DNA of 29,244 nucleotides, taken from a virus. Lineage: Duplodnaviria; Caudoviricetes. The notes under the pieces are model-generated. The model was not told the DNA's origin. It searched no databases and was given only the letters and a program-made list of their open reading frames with translations. The position numbers and the translations under genes are program-made. Where the stretch lies: the IMG/VR virus record IMGVR_UViG_3300044723_002141, positions 1 through 29,244 of that record, one strand, 5' to 3'. Shown here in pieces: positions 8,350 to 17,783 of the stretch; within the stretch, counting starts at the first letter, position 1; each line of letters opens with the position of its first letter.

Positions 8350-8666
8350 CTTGGGATGATATACTCGACTACTATATTGGACAGGTTGGCATAAACCCAA
8401 ACGATTTTTGGAGTAATACTTGGTCGGAAAACCAACGCCTTGGCGAATCGCACACCATAAAGATGAATCTACATTGGGAACAAACTCGTTATTTAGCAAC
8501 GATGATTCACAACGTAAACTGCACCAAGAAATCGCAAATGATAAAACCCAATAAATTATTTCCTTTACCGCAGGATAAATACCTAAACGACGGCAAACCA
8601 AAATCGACACCACAAGAGTTTAAATCATTTTTAGAAAAAGCAAGAAAAGCAGGGGTTAAAATTTAA
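8325..8666 (+). CDS. Tail assembly chaperone gpT part, reached by -1 frameshift (fusion 7966..8666, ~233 aa)
   Basis: -1 frame from 8325 is open (GKAEANRLTWDDILDYYIGQVGINPNDFWSNTW...) and runs into the listed ORF 8463..8666. Confidence 0.85.
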   Translation, partial: GKAEANRLTWDDILDYYIGQVGINPNDFWSNTWSENQRLGESHTIKMNLHWEQTRYLATMIHNVNCTKKSQMIKPNKLFPLPQDKYLNDGKPKSTPQEFKSFLEKARKAGVKI

Positions 8667-8679
8667 CCTCTTTTTTTTT
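8651..8679 (+). terminator. Putative intrinsic terminator
   Basis: AGGGGTTAA / TTAACCTCT stem followed by a T-run. Confidence 0.6.
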
Positions 8680-8681
8680 AG

Positions 8682-8689
8682 TATTTTTG
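8682..8689 (+). promoter_or_regulatory. -7 element 4 nt before tape-measure ATG
   Basis: TATTTTTG-TACT-ATG. Confidence 0.6.
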
Positions 8690-8693
8690 TACT

Positions 8694-11036
8694 ATGGCAA
8701 ATCAAGAGCATTTAATAGTAAATATATCGGCGAACACAAGAGGATTAAACGCTGGTTTAAATAAAGCACAAAGCAAATTAGCATCTTTTGGCGGTAAATT
8801 AAAAGCGGTTGGTTCACAACTCCAAACACGCCTTGCCTTACCTTTAATTGCTGGTGGTGGTGCTGCTATAAAAATGGCGGCAGACTTTGATAAGTCAATG
8901 ACCAAAATTAAAACCCTTGTTGGGGTTGCTGGCGCAGAGGTGGATGCTATGGCTTCTTCTGTAACTAAATTTGCAAATCAGGCGGGGGTATCTTCTGGAG
9001 AAGCCGCTGACGCATTATTTTTTATTACTTCCGCTGGACTTCGTGGCGCAGATGCTATGGCTGTATTAGAGGCATCAACAAAAGCCGCCGCGATTGGTCT
9101 TGGCGAAACTAAAACAATAGCAGATTTAGCCACTTCTGCGATGAATGCGTACGGAATAGACACATTAGGTGCAACCGATGCGACTGATGTTTTGACCGCC
9201 GCTGTTCGTGAGGGAAAACTTGAAGCTAATGAACTCGCTGGTGCAATGGGTAGAACTTTGCCCGTTGCTTCTAATATGGGTATTCAGTTTCACGAAGTAG
9301 GTGCAGCTTTTGCTGCTATGAGTAGAACGGGAACTAATGCCGCAGAAGCATCTACACAGCTTAATAGTATTATGATGGGTATTATGAAGCCCACCAGCGA
9401 TGCTGAAAAGGCGATGAGAGAATTAGGTCTTTCAAGCCAAGGTTTACGGCAGCAAATAAAAGATGAAGGATTATTATCTGTATTAGAAACATTACGACAA
9501 GCTTCAGAACGCAACTCTGGGGCTTTTGAGCGCGTTTTCGGTAACGTTCGAGCATTACGGGGGATTTTAGATTTAACAGGCAAAGGGGCTGCGGTAACGG
9601 CTGAAATCTTTCAGCGTATGGCAAATACATCTGGTGTAACGGCTACTGCTTTTGAGGAATTACAAAATTCATCTGAATTTAAGTTACGCCAAGGATTAAT
9701 AGAATTAAAAAATACATTTACTGATTTAGGGGCTGTTTTAATGGATAGCCTTTTGCCATTATTTCAAAATATATTAAAATTCGTTACAGGATTATTTAGA
9801 GGGTTTGGACAACTTGACCCAACAATACAACAATTAGTAATAGGTTTTGCTGCGTTAGCGACGATTTTGCCAACTGTATTAACAGTATTAGGAAGCCTTT
9901 CAACTGTAATAGCGGCAATAAATGCGCCAATTGTTTTAGTGGCTGCGGCAATAGCTGGATTAATATATTATTTTGATGATATAGTTAATGCTTCTATTTT
10001 GTTTAAAAACGCCATAAAATCTAATATATTACGTGTTTTAATTCGTGTTGAGGAATTTTTTAAGAAATATATTTTTCGACCACTAAAAACCGCAGGTCTT
10101 TTATTAAGTGAATTTAGTGAAAATTTATTAGGCGGCGATTTTTCAAGTATTTTAGGTGCTTTTTTTGAAGAAGGTGAACAAATATCAAAAGATGCTGGAA
10201 AAAAATTAGCTGATAGTTATATTGATGAATGGGAGAAAAATACCGCTGAAAGAGTTAGTGGTATGTCGCAATTGTTTAATAAAGTTAAAAATCAATTTAC
10301 AGAATTATTTGGCGGCGTTGGTATAGTTACTCCAACTGTTAAAGCTGGTGCTGTTGCTGAAAAATCCCCCGACTTAATGAGTATTTTTGGGGGTGCAAAA
10401 ATGCCAACTGACCCTATTAAAAATTTAGCAACATCTACAAGCTGGTCTAAACTCAATAATAATATTGAAACTTCAAGTAAAAAAATTAAGGAACTTGAAG
10501 AAAATAGATTGAACAAACTTAAAGAAACTGCTGATGCTGTGAGTGGTGCTGTTAGTAATGCTTTCGGAAATATGAGCAACCAATTAATGGCTTCTTTAGG
10601 TTTAGCGGATAGTGGTTTTGAAGGGTTTGTTAAAGGGTTAATATCTACCATTACCCAATTAATAGCAATGATGTTATCCGCTGCTATTTCTCAATCTATT
10701 GCTGGTGCAACCGCTTCTGGAACTGCAACAGGACCAGCTGCTGTTTTTACTACCCCAGCTTTTATTGCAACGGCAGTCGGAGGTGTTTTAAGTGCTTTTG
10801 CTGCAATACCAAAATTTGCAAATGGGGGGATTGTATCTGGACCAACTTTAGGTTTAATGGGCGAATATGCAGGGGCAAGAAATAACCCTGAAGTTATCGC
10901 GCCACTTGATAAATTACAAGGAATGATTGGGCAAACAGGGCAAAATGTAAACGTAGGGGGCGAATTTAGAATACAAGGGCAAGATTTAGTAGTAGCATTA
11001 CAAAGAGCCGAGCGAAATAGAAAACGTATCTTATAA
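8694..11036 (+). CDS. Tail tape measure protein (TP901 family)
   Basis: 780 aa, Ala/Gly-rich helical; AADFDKSMTKIKTLVG core; C-terminal PKFANGGIVSGPTLGLMGEY. Confidence 0.95.
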   Translation: MANQEHLIVNISANTRGLNAGLNKAQSKLASFGGKLKAVGSQLQTRLALPLIAGGGAAIKMAADFDKSMTKIKTLVGVAGAEVDAMASSVTKFANQAGVSSGEAADALFFITSAGLRGADAMAVLEASTKAAAIGLGETKTIADLATSAMNAYGIDTLGATDATDVLTAAVREGKLEANELAGAMGRTLPVASNMGIQFHEVGAAFAAMSRTGTNAAEASTQLNSIMMGIMKPTSDAEKAMRELGLSSQGLRQQIKDEGLLSVLETLRQASERNSGAFERVFGNVRALRGILDLTGKGAAVTAEIFQRMANTSGVTATAFEELQNSSEFKLRQGLIELKNTFTDLGAVLMDSLLPLFQNILKFVTGLFRGFGQLDPTIQQLVIGFAALATILPTVLTVLGSLSTVIAAINAPIVLVAAAIAGLIYYFDDIVNASILFKNAIKSNILRVLIRVEEFFKKYIFRPLKTAGLLLSEFSENLLGGDFSSILGAFFEEGEQISKDAGKKLADSYIDEWEKNTAERVSGMSQLFNKVKNQFTELFGGVGIVTPTVKAGAVAEKSPDLMSIFGGAKMPTDPIKNLATSTSWSKLNNNIETSSKKIKELEENRLNKLKETADAVSGAVSNAFGNMSNQLMASLGLADSGFEGFVKGLISTITQLIAMMLSAAISQSIAGATASGTATGPAAVFTTPAFIATAVGGVLSAFAAIPKFANGGIVSGPTLGLMGEYAGARNNPEVIAPLDKLQGMIGQTGQNVNVGGEFRIQGQDLVVALQRAERNRKRIL

Positions 11037-13144
11037 TGGCATACGGAGTAAAATATGAACTTTTTTTTAGCGATGTAGTTAAAAGAAAGATGAAAATCGA
11101 AATACTTGAAAAGGATTACACGGGCGATGTATCTTCTATAATTGGAACGGGTCAGCCAGCCGTAATTGAGTGGGATGCCGATGACGATATTTATTCGCCT
11201 ATTATTGGCTCACGTTGTAAGCTGTCTTTTTTTGTTACCGATGCCGTACAATACGATGAATTTTATAAATCGGACGAACGCCAATACAAGGTTAAAATAT
11301 TATACTACAATTCATTTGGCGGTAATTGGGAGGACGAAGTAGGTATTTGGGATGGAATGGATGTTATCTGGAATGCCGATGTAGGTCAAGAGTTTTATTA
11401 TCAGCCAATCTGGGAGGGCTTTCTGGTTGTTGATAGATACCAAGAGGCGGTTGTTACAGCACCCTATGAAATACAATTAGAGGCGATTGACGGGCTTGGA
11501 ACGTTAGATGGTTTTGATGCGCCTATAAATACAAGCGACACTTCAAACACCGAAAACTTATTTTATTATTTAAAAGAAATCCTAAAGCTAACAGGACACA
11601 CTTTTAATTTATACATTGCCAATTCAATTAGAAAGGCAACCAGCCCACCAGCAGACCAGACTATTTTTCACGATATTGTGATAAATGAATACGGTCTATT
11701 TAATAAAAATCTTACGCTGCGAACCGCAAAAGATGTATTGGAAATAATTTTAAAAATAACAAACAGCCGTATTTTTCAATCCTATGGTCGTTGGTATATT
11801 ATAAGCAATTCAAATCTAATTGATAACCGTATTGATACAAGTGGCGTTATTGATGTCGAAGCCCCAAGTGGTGATGACGATACCGATGACCCAACAGAGC
11901 CAAATCCAGACCCAGTATATGGTTCTCCGAGTATTGAGATAACAGGAGAGGCAACTATGTATGAGGGAACTTCATATTTTTTAAACGTATTAAATAGCGG
12001 CACAACGCCTGTTAGTTATGAATGGACTTTACCTGATTCATCGACAGTAACTCAAACAAGCCCACAACTTGCAATTGGTGTTGTCGCTGCTGAAAATAAT
12101 GGTGATGTTTATAGCGTTATTGCTACTGATGCGAATAATAACACAGATACAGATACTTTTACTTTAACGGTTGAAGCTACTCGACCAAACATAGACCCTG
12201 ACCCACCAGAAGGGGAAACAACCGACACAAATTATGCTTTTGTTATAAATGTTGTAAATAGCGTTACGGGAGCTTATGTTTCGCCTTTAAAAGGAACGAT
12301 TGATTATGCAGCTGGTGAAGTAGGCGACGCGTTTACTATGGTCTTTAACGTTGTATCACTTACGGGCGAATTTACAAGCGTATCACAATTAACAGGGGCA
12401 ACTCTTACAAGTGGTTCGGGAACCTATAACGTTGCAACTGCATTGGTCGGCGATTTTATAAGGGTAACTGTTACTGGAAATTTACCAAGTGGCGGAGGTA
12501 CTGAAACGCTTACATTAACAGGTGCTTCTGACGTTCAACAATTTACAACTACATTCACAAGAGCAGGAACGGTTTCAAACGCTTCTTACTCATTATCACC
12601 AGCAGATTTAAGCGAAACGGGCGGAACTGGTAAACCGTATTCAATGACGATAACCTATACCGCAGCAAGTGGATATGAATGGACTGGTTTGGGTAACATT
12701 CAAATTTTATCTTCTGCGGACATAGGACAGCAAATAACAACGCAAATAACAAACGCAACGACGTTGGTTGTAACTATTACGGGGGCTTTAGGTATTGCAG
12801 ACCAAACGGCAACGCTTACAATTAATGGCGCAGCGATTTACGCAAACCCAGCTACAACGATAAGCATAAGCCCAAGCGCACGTTTTGACTTTAGTCCTGG
12901 TGGTGGTTATTTTGATATTACGATTTTAAGTGTTGACGGTGCTTTTACGGTTGTAACTTCTTTTGATTGGTTTGAAGTAGATACAACATTTGGCGCACCC
13001 GATACGACAACAATACGGGTTTATGTTGACCCTAATAATACGCCAAACGCAAGGATTGGAACGGTGATATTTTACCCAACTGGAAGTTTATCAGCCCTCA
13101 CAACATTAAGGTTTGACCAAGCATCTAATTTACAAGCAGGATAA
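11036..13144 (+). CDS. Tail-tip protein with C-terminal Ig/PKD-like and BACON-like domains
   Basis: Directly after TMP (TAATG); Pro/Asp linkers then Thr-rich beta-sandwich modules. Confidence 0.75.
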   Translation: MAYGVKYELFFSDVVKRKMKIEILEKDYTGDVSSIIGTGQPAVIEWDADDDIYSPIIGSRCKLSFFVTDAVQYDEFYKSDERQYKVKILYYNSFGGNWEDEVGIWDGMDVIWNADVGQEFYYQPIWEGFLVVDRYQEAVVTAPYEIQLEAIDGLGTLDGFDAPINTSDTSNTENLFYYLKEILKLTGHTFNLYIANSIRKATSPPADQTIFHDIVINEYGLFNKNLTLRTAKDVLEIILKITNSRIFQSYGRWYIISNSNLIDNRIDTSGVIDVEAPSGDDDTDDPTEPNPDPVYGSPSIEITGEATMYEGTSYFLNVLNSGTTPVSYEWTLPDSSTVTQTSPQLAIGVVAAENNGDVYSVIATDANNNTDTDTFTLTVEATRPNIDPDPPEGETTDTNYAFVINVVNSVTGAYVSPLKGTIDYAAGEVGDAFTMVFNVVSLTGEFTSVSQLTGATLTSGSGTYNVATALVGDFIRVTVTGNLPSGGGTETLTLTGASDVQQFTTTFTRAGTVSNASYSLSPADLSETGGTGKPYSMTITYTAASGYEWTGLGNIQILSSADIGQQITTQITNATTLVVTITGALGIADQTATLTINGAAIYANPATTISISPSARFDFSPGGGYFDITILSVDGAFTVVTSFDWFEVDTTFGAPDTTTIRVYVDPNNTPNARIGTVIFYPTGSLSALTTLRFDQASNLQAG

Positions 13145-14412
13145 TGGGACAAATAAGAAATTTACAAACGGACTATTTAAGACAAGGTAGCGAACCGATA
13201 ACGTATGAGCGCTATGATTCGGAGGGCGTTTTTATTGAAACAATAAACGAGGATGTACTTTACCAAGTGCCAAGCCAATTAACGCCTTTAAATCGTGATT
13301 TAGTAAAAAACTATGAGCGTCCACTAAAAAAAGCTGAATTTATAACGGATTTAACAGGGAATTATTTTATAAACGAAAACGCCCATTTTCTTTATGACGA
13401 TAGGCATTGGTCGCTTGGTTCAACAAGCCAAACCAATGCAACTGGAAATACAGGAAATAAGGTTGAAATAATAACCGATGCAAATCAAAAGGCGAAAGCA
13501 GTAAGCGGAAATAAATACTTCCATTCTGATATTGTTGTAGATTACACAACGCCTGTTCAAATGATAGCCAACGATAGACAATATTGTCAAGTCAAATCGC
13601 GCCAACGTTTACAGATTGAATTTGATTATTATATAGAATCTACTGGCTCAAATGAAACTTGGCAGCTTGGGGTTAAATTTTGGGTTCAAGAAACCTATGC
13701 TACTGGCGCGCCAGATAAATCGTATGATTTTGCAAACAATGAATTTGTAAATTATGCTGCTGATGTTTTTAATGACTTTACCACTACAACAATTAACGCC
13801 TGGGGAAAAGCATCATTGACAATTGAAGGCTACACGCCAAGTGCAGATAGTTTTGAAACTGTATATGCTCAAGCGGTTATTTGTTTTCCTAATTTAAAAA
13901 ATTCAGGGGGCGATGGTGGTTTTGAAAACATATATATTGACAACTTTAGGATTTCAGAATCATTTGACGTAGAAAACACAATCGTATCGCGCCGTAAGCA
14001 ATATGATTATTCTGGGCGAACATATACTGGTGAATATAAATCTGAAAAAAATGTTTTATCTAACGAGGCGCAAACGACTGAATATTTTATTGGTAAAATA
14101 AACGGCTTTTTTAGACGTACAAGAGATACAGCGGATAAAACGCTTGAGCAAATTATAACGCAAGAATTTATAAATGATTCCCGTGATTATATGACAAAAT
14201 ACGAAGGTACATTTAGAGCAAAGCGAAATGGGCATTTAAGTTTGCACCATAAACTCTGGATTGATTTTGGCGCGGATACATTACAAGAACCCGTGTCTTG
14301 TTATCTTGACGCTATGAAGTACGACGTAAAGGCTTCGGAGTATCAAATACGTATGCACGTGCCAAACCAAGATGACGATGTAGGTAGCACCTACAATGTT
14401 TATGTAGAGTAA
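13144..14412 (+). CDS. Minor tail protein
   Basis: 422-aa ORF coupled by TAATG; internal beta-rich segment ending NIYIDNFRI (carbohydrate-binding-module-like); last gene before strong terminator. Confidence 0.7.
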   Translation: MGQIRNLQTDYLRQGSEPITYERYDSEGVFIETINEDVLYQVPSQLTPLNRDLVKNYERPLKKAEFITDLTGNYFINENAHFLYDDRHWSLGSTSQTNATGNTGNKVEIITDANQKAKAVSGNKYFHSDIVVDYTTPVQMIANDRQYCQVKSRQRLQIEFDYYIESTGSNETWQLGVKFWVQETYATGAPDKSYDFANNEFVNYAADVFNDFTTTTINAWGKASLTIEGYTPSADSFETVYAQAVICFPNLKNSGGDGGFENIYIDNFRISESFDVENTIVSRRKQYDYSGRTYTGEYKSEKNVLSNEAQTTEYFIGKINGFFRRTRDTADKTLEQIITQEFINDSRDYMTKYEGTFRAKRNGHLSLHHKLWIDFGADTLQEPVSCYLDAMKYDVKASEYQIRMHVPNQDDDVGSTYNVYVE

Positions 14413-14435
14413 CACAAGCCTTTTTTGTTTGCTCG

Positions 14436-14480
14436 AAACCCCCTTGCGATTTAGGTTGCGGGGGGTTTTTTATATTTTTT
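14436..14480 (+). terminator. Strong intrinsic terminator ending the tail module
   Basis: AAACCCCCTTGCGAT-TTAG-GTTGCGGGGGGTTT then T-rich run. Confidence 0.85.
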
Positions 14481-14515
14481 TTGTAAAAATATTTTTTTAT
14501 TATTAAAATTTATTT

Positions 14516-14523
14516 TATCTTTG
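14516..14523 (+). promoter_or_regulatory. -7 promoter element of the non-structural module
   Basis: TATCTTTG in very AT-rich intergenic region. Confidence 0.65.
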
Positions 14524-14547
14524 GGTTATAATTAATAATAAAACGAT

Positions 14548-15114
14548 ATGATACAAATTGATTTACAAACAGAACAAGACGAAGATTCTTTTTTAAGACC
14601 CTGGTATCTTTATGGAAATAAAGACCTTGTTACTAAAGGTATAAATACTTTTAGGGCTAACATAGGTGAACTATTTTTAGATTATTTTGATAAAAAAGAT
14701 GCAGAAAAAAATTTAGAGTTTTTTTGGTTTGAAACTGAAATAGAAAGTATAGAAACCAAAGAGGATTTTACGTTTTTATTTGAACGTTATTATTGTCCTT
14801 TATTAGGCGAATCGAAGTGGTTTCAAGGCGACAAATGGGATGCAGAAGCATATCCTTGTCGTAGAGAAATAATCAATGATTTAATAATAGACCAAGAAAC
14901 TTTTAATGAAAAAAAAGAAATCGCCAAATGGTATAGTCAAAGCCATAAAGATTTCAATATGAGTTTACTTGATGAAATACTTAAGCAAATTCTTTGGGAC
15001 TATTATAGGTTTATGGGTTGTTTGCCAAACGAAAAAGATTATAAAAAATATGGGGTTGTTGATGATAGATTAATTACCTGGAAAGATGTAAAACGAAGAT
15101 ACAATAAAATATGA
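14548..15114 (+). CDS. Hypothetical protein (acidic/aromatic, AT-rich gene)
   Basis: 188-aa ORF with own promoter box; no motif recognised. Confidence 0.7.
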   Translation: MIQIDLQTEQDEDSFLRPWYLYGNKDLVTKGINTFRANIGELFLDYFDKKDAEKNLEFFWFETEIESIETKEDFTFLFERYYCPLLGESKWFQGDKWDAEAYPCRREIINDLIIDQETFNEKKEIAKWYSQSHKDFNMSLLDEILKQILWDYYRFMGCLPNEKDYKKYGVVDDRLITWKDVKRRYNKI

Positions 15115-15299
15115 CAGAGTTTGAATACAAGTTTATCAATCTTATCAAGGATAAGAAGATAACAAAAAAGAGGGTGGCGGAATGTTTAGGCATAACCCAA
15201 CCCACTTTAAAGGCGAGGCTTAACGACCCAAAAACGTTTAAGCTGTACGAAATAGAAACGTTAAAACAAGAATTAAAAATTAATTTATTAGAATTATGA
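15111..15299 (+). CDS. Cro/XRE-like helix-turn-helix protein
   Basis: ITKKRVAECLGITQPTLKARL...FKLYEI. Confidence 0.8.
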   Translation: MTEFEYKFINLIKDKKITKKRVAECLGITQPTLKARLNDPKTFKLYEIETLKQELKINLLEL

Positions 15300-15781
15300 A
15301 AACAATCAACATCAAAGGAAAGGAGTACATTACAGTAAATGAACGCCTAAAGTATTTTAGAAATGAAGATACTTTTAACGGTTGGCGCATTAACGAAGAT
15401 GTAGTAAACCTAAACGAAAAAGAGGGGATTTTTAAAGTTACTATTTATGACGATAAAGGCGACCCGATAGTATCGGCACACGCTCAAGAATATCGCGATA
15501 GTACTTATATAAATAAAACCTCATTTGTAGAAAACGGTTTCACCTCTGCATTAGGTCGCGCACTTGGTTATCTGGGCATTGGAATTGACACCAGCATAGC
15601 AAGTGGCGAAGAGGTTCAAAACGCTATTACAAACCAAGAGAAAGATGAACGTGCCTGGCTTACCGAAGCCCAATTAAAGGCAACGTTAAAAGGCACTAAA
15701 GAACAGGCGGAAAAAGTACTTGCTGCCTATAAAATGAAAAACGAGTACAAGGAAACAATTAAATTAAAATTCAAATTATGA
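15296..15781 (+). CDS. Putative single-strand annealing protein (Rad52/Sak-like)
   Basis: IKGKEY..VNER and ENGFTSALGRALGYLGIG....IAS.EEV; neighbours SSB-like and exonuclease genes. Confidence 0.6.
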   Translation: MKTINIKGKEYITVNERLKYFRNEDTFNGWRINEDVVNLNEKEGIFKVTIYDDKGDPIVSAHAQEYRDSTYINKTSFVENGFTSALGRALGYLGIGIDTSIASGEEVQNAITNQEKDERAWLTEAQLKATLKGTKEQAEKVLAAYKMKNEYKETIKLKFKL

Positions 15782-16041
15782 GCAACGAAAAAGTGTTTGC
15801 AAATGGGTTCTCATTTAAACGTAGAGAATCAGCACCCGATTTTGTAATTGGGAACATCAGCGTAAAGGTTGATGATGCCATCGAGTTTTTAAAAGCAAAT
15901 AAAAAACAAGATGGGTGGGTAAATCTAAACATACTAAAAAGCCAGAGCGGAAAGCCTTATATTGAATTAGATACCTGGTCGCCAGAATCTACAACAAAGG
16001 TCGAAACTCCAGCTGAAGTAGGTGGCGATTTACCTTTCTAA
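15778..16041 (+). CDS. Putative single-stranded DNA-binding protein
   Basis: Small beta-rich protein with flexible tail ending GGDLPF. Confidence 0.6.
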   Translation: MSNEKVFANGFSFKRRESAPDFVIGNISVKVDDAIEFLKANKKQDGWVNLNILKSQSGKPYIELDTWSPESTTKVETPAEVGGDLPF

Positions 16042-16050
16042 ATTTTTAAT

Positions 16051-16083
16051 GGGGTGGCTTTCGGGCTGCCCCTTTTATTTTTT
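16051..16083 (+). terminator. Intrinsic terminator
   Basis: GGGGTGGCT-TTCG-GGCTGCCCC then TTTTATTTTTT. Confidence 0.85.
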
Positions 16084-16087
16084 AGTT

Positions 16088-16276
16088 ATGAAAACAATAT
16101 ATGATAACACTCCAGAAGATGACCACCAATTTATGGTTGAGCGTATTAATGCTTTAAACGAGTATTTAAGTATTTCAGAATCGCAATGCAACCAGCTTAA
16201 AAGCGAAGTATTTAGATTAAAAGTAAGAATAGAAGAATTGGAAAAACAACTTTATGAAAACGGTAAAAGATACTAA
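16088..16276 (+). CDS. Small coiled-coil protein (62 aa)
   Basis: ATG 16088 preferred over GTG 16022, which would run through the terminator; Leu heptads. Confidence 0.65.
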   Translation: MKTIYDNTPEDDHQFMVERINALNEYLSISESQCNQLKSEVFRLKVRIEELEKQLYENGKRY

Positions 16277-17015
16277 CGAACAGTATCACAGTAGAGGTGA
16301 GATTTCAGCAAGTGGGCTAAAAACAATTTATAAGAAATCGGTTTACCACCACCTTAACCAGATACGCAAAGAAACGTCTGCGATGAGTCTTGGAACTGCG
16401 GTTCATACGGCAATGCTTGAGCCAGACGTATATAATTCTGAATATCACGTAATGCCAAAGCTGGACTTGCGTAAAAAAGTAGATAAGGCACTATATCAAG
16501 AACATATCGAAAAGTCGCAAGGCAAAAAAGTAATTGGTCAAGAGGATAGCGATATTATTCAAGCGATTATGCGCAACTTTAACCATCACGAATTAGCTAA
16601 AAAATACTGCAACGGCATTGTCGAACTATCACATTATGGCGAATACAAAGGAGTGCCTGTAAGGGTGCGCCCAGATGTTATGAATAACGTTGGGCAATAT
16701 ATCGCTGATGTAAAAACTTGTCAAGATAATTCGCCGCGAGCCTTTAGAAGTGATATTTATAAATGGGCTTATCATTTACAAGCAGCTGCATATTCATTAA
16801 TACTTGGCTTTCCGATTGAAAACTTTCGCTTTATAGCCGTAGAAACAAAGTACCCATTTACGGTAGAGGTTTATGGGTTGTCGGACGATTTAATCGAGCA
16901 AGGTATTAACGCTTTTCATTCTGCTTTAGAGGATTGGCGTTTATATTTAAGTACAGGAATTATACAAGGATATAAAACAAACGAAACCGCCAAAGACGGC
17001 GCACTAATAATTTAA
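16254..17015 (+). CDS. PD-(D/E)XK exonuclease (RecE/ExoVIII-like)
   Basis: YH....ISASGLK, GTAVH..MLEP, RVRPD, ADVKT, YHLQAAAY. Confidence 0.9.
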   Translation: MKTVKDTNEQYHSRGEISASGLKTIYKKSVYHHLNQIRKETSAMSLGTAVHTAMLEPDVYNSEYHVMPKLDLRKKVDKALYQEHIEKSQGKKVIGQEDSDIIQAIMRNFNHHELAKKYCNGIVELSHYGEYKGVPVRVRPDVMNNVGQYIADVKTCQDNSPRAFRSDIYKWAYHLQAAAYSLILGFPIENFRFIAVETKYPFTVEVYGLSDDLIEQGINAFHSALEDWRLYLSTGIIQGYKTNETAKDGALII

Positions 17016-17018
17016 GTT

Positions 17019-17435
17019 ATGGGATTTCTAACAAAAATTGATGTAAAGCAGATAATCGAAAACGCTTACAATATTAATTTATCAGATAAAAGCCGTTTGC
17101 GCAATATTGTTTATTTGAGGTTTATTTATTTTAAAATATGCCGTGATATGTTTCCAGGAACTTCTTTAAGTTCTATTGGCGAAACAGTTAATCGCCATCA
17201 CGCTACGGTGATACACGCTTTAAAAAACTTTGATTATATATGTATAGCGGACGCTGATTTTGTGGCGACTTACAATAAAATAAAAAGGATAATTGAGGAT
17301 GAACAAAATAAATTACAAATAATAATAAAAAACTCAAAGAAAGTTTACGGAACTTTGAACGTTAAAAAGATTCACCCATACCTTTTACGATATGCGAAAA
17401 AACCCCTACGAAAAATACTTAACAAAGGAAGATAG
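17019..17435 (+). CDS. DnaA domain IV-like helix-turn-helix protein
   Basis: KSRLRNIVYLR...SLSSIGETVNRHHATVIHALK matches the DnaA C-terminal signature (SL..IG..F.RDHTTV.HA). Confidence 0.82.
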   Translation: MGFLTKIDVKQIIENAYNINLSDKSRLRNIVYLRFIYFKICRDMFPGTSLSSIGETVNRHHATVIHALKNFDYICIADADFVATYNKIKRIIEDEQNKLQIIIKNSKKVYGTLNVKKIHPYLLRYAKKPLRKILNKGR

Positions 17436-17763
17436 ACTACAACACGCGGTTATGTATTATTTAAACGCCAAATATCCAGAAGCATTTGCGATTCACGTAC
17501 CAAACGAGGGTCGCAGAAGTCCATTTGAGCGTTATAAATTTAAATACCTTGGGGGGGTGTCCGGTGTGCCTGATATTCTTGTTTTCCATAAAAACGATTT
17601 TAAGGCCGGTTTAGCGCTCGAATTAAAGGTCGGGTATAATAAACCTACACCTAACCAAAAAAAGTGCCTTAAAACGCTTGAAAATGCGAATTGGGAGGCA
17701 TTATGGGTAAACAATTACGACGATGCTGTGAAAATTATAGATAATTACTTTAAAAATATCTAA
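17392..17763 (+). CDS. VRR-NUC domain nuclease
   Basis: E..LQ, HVPNEG.R, GVPD, LELK....KPTPNQ. Confidence 0.9.
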   Translation: MRKNPYEKYLTKEDRLQHAVMYYLNAKYPEAFAIHVPNEGRRSPFERYKFKYLGGVSGVPDILVFHKNDFKAGLALELKVGYNKPTPNQKKCLKTLENANWEALWVNNYDDAVKIIDNYFKNI

Positions 17764-17783
17764 TTTTATACAAACCAATTGAA

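Noticed and set aside
16022-16087. GTG-start extension of the 16088 ORF
   Set aside because: Overlaps the SSB-like gene end and runs through a clear terminator.
16290-16869. GTAGAGG copies at 16291 and 16863 as trans targets of the CCTCTAC loop
   Set aside because: 7-8-nt matches inside coding sequence are expected by chance, and I saw no extended pairing.
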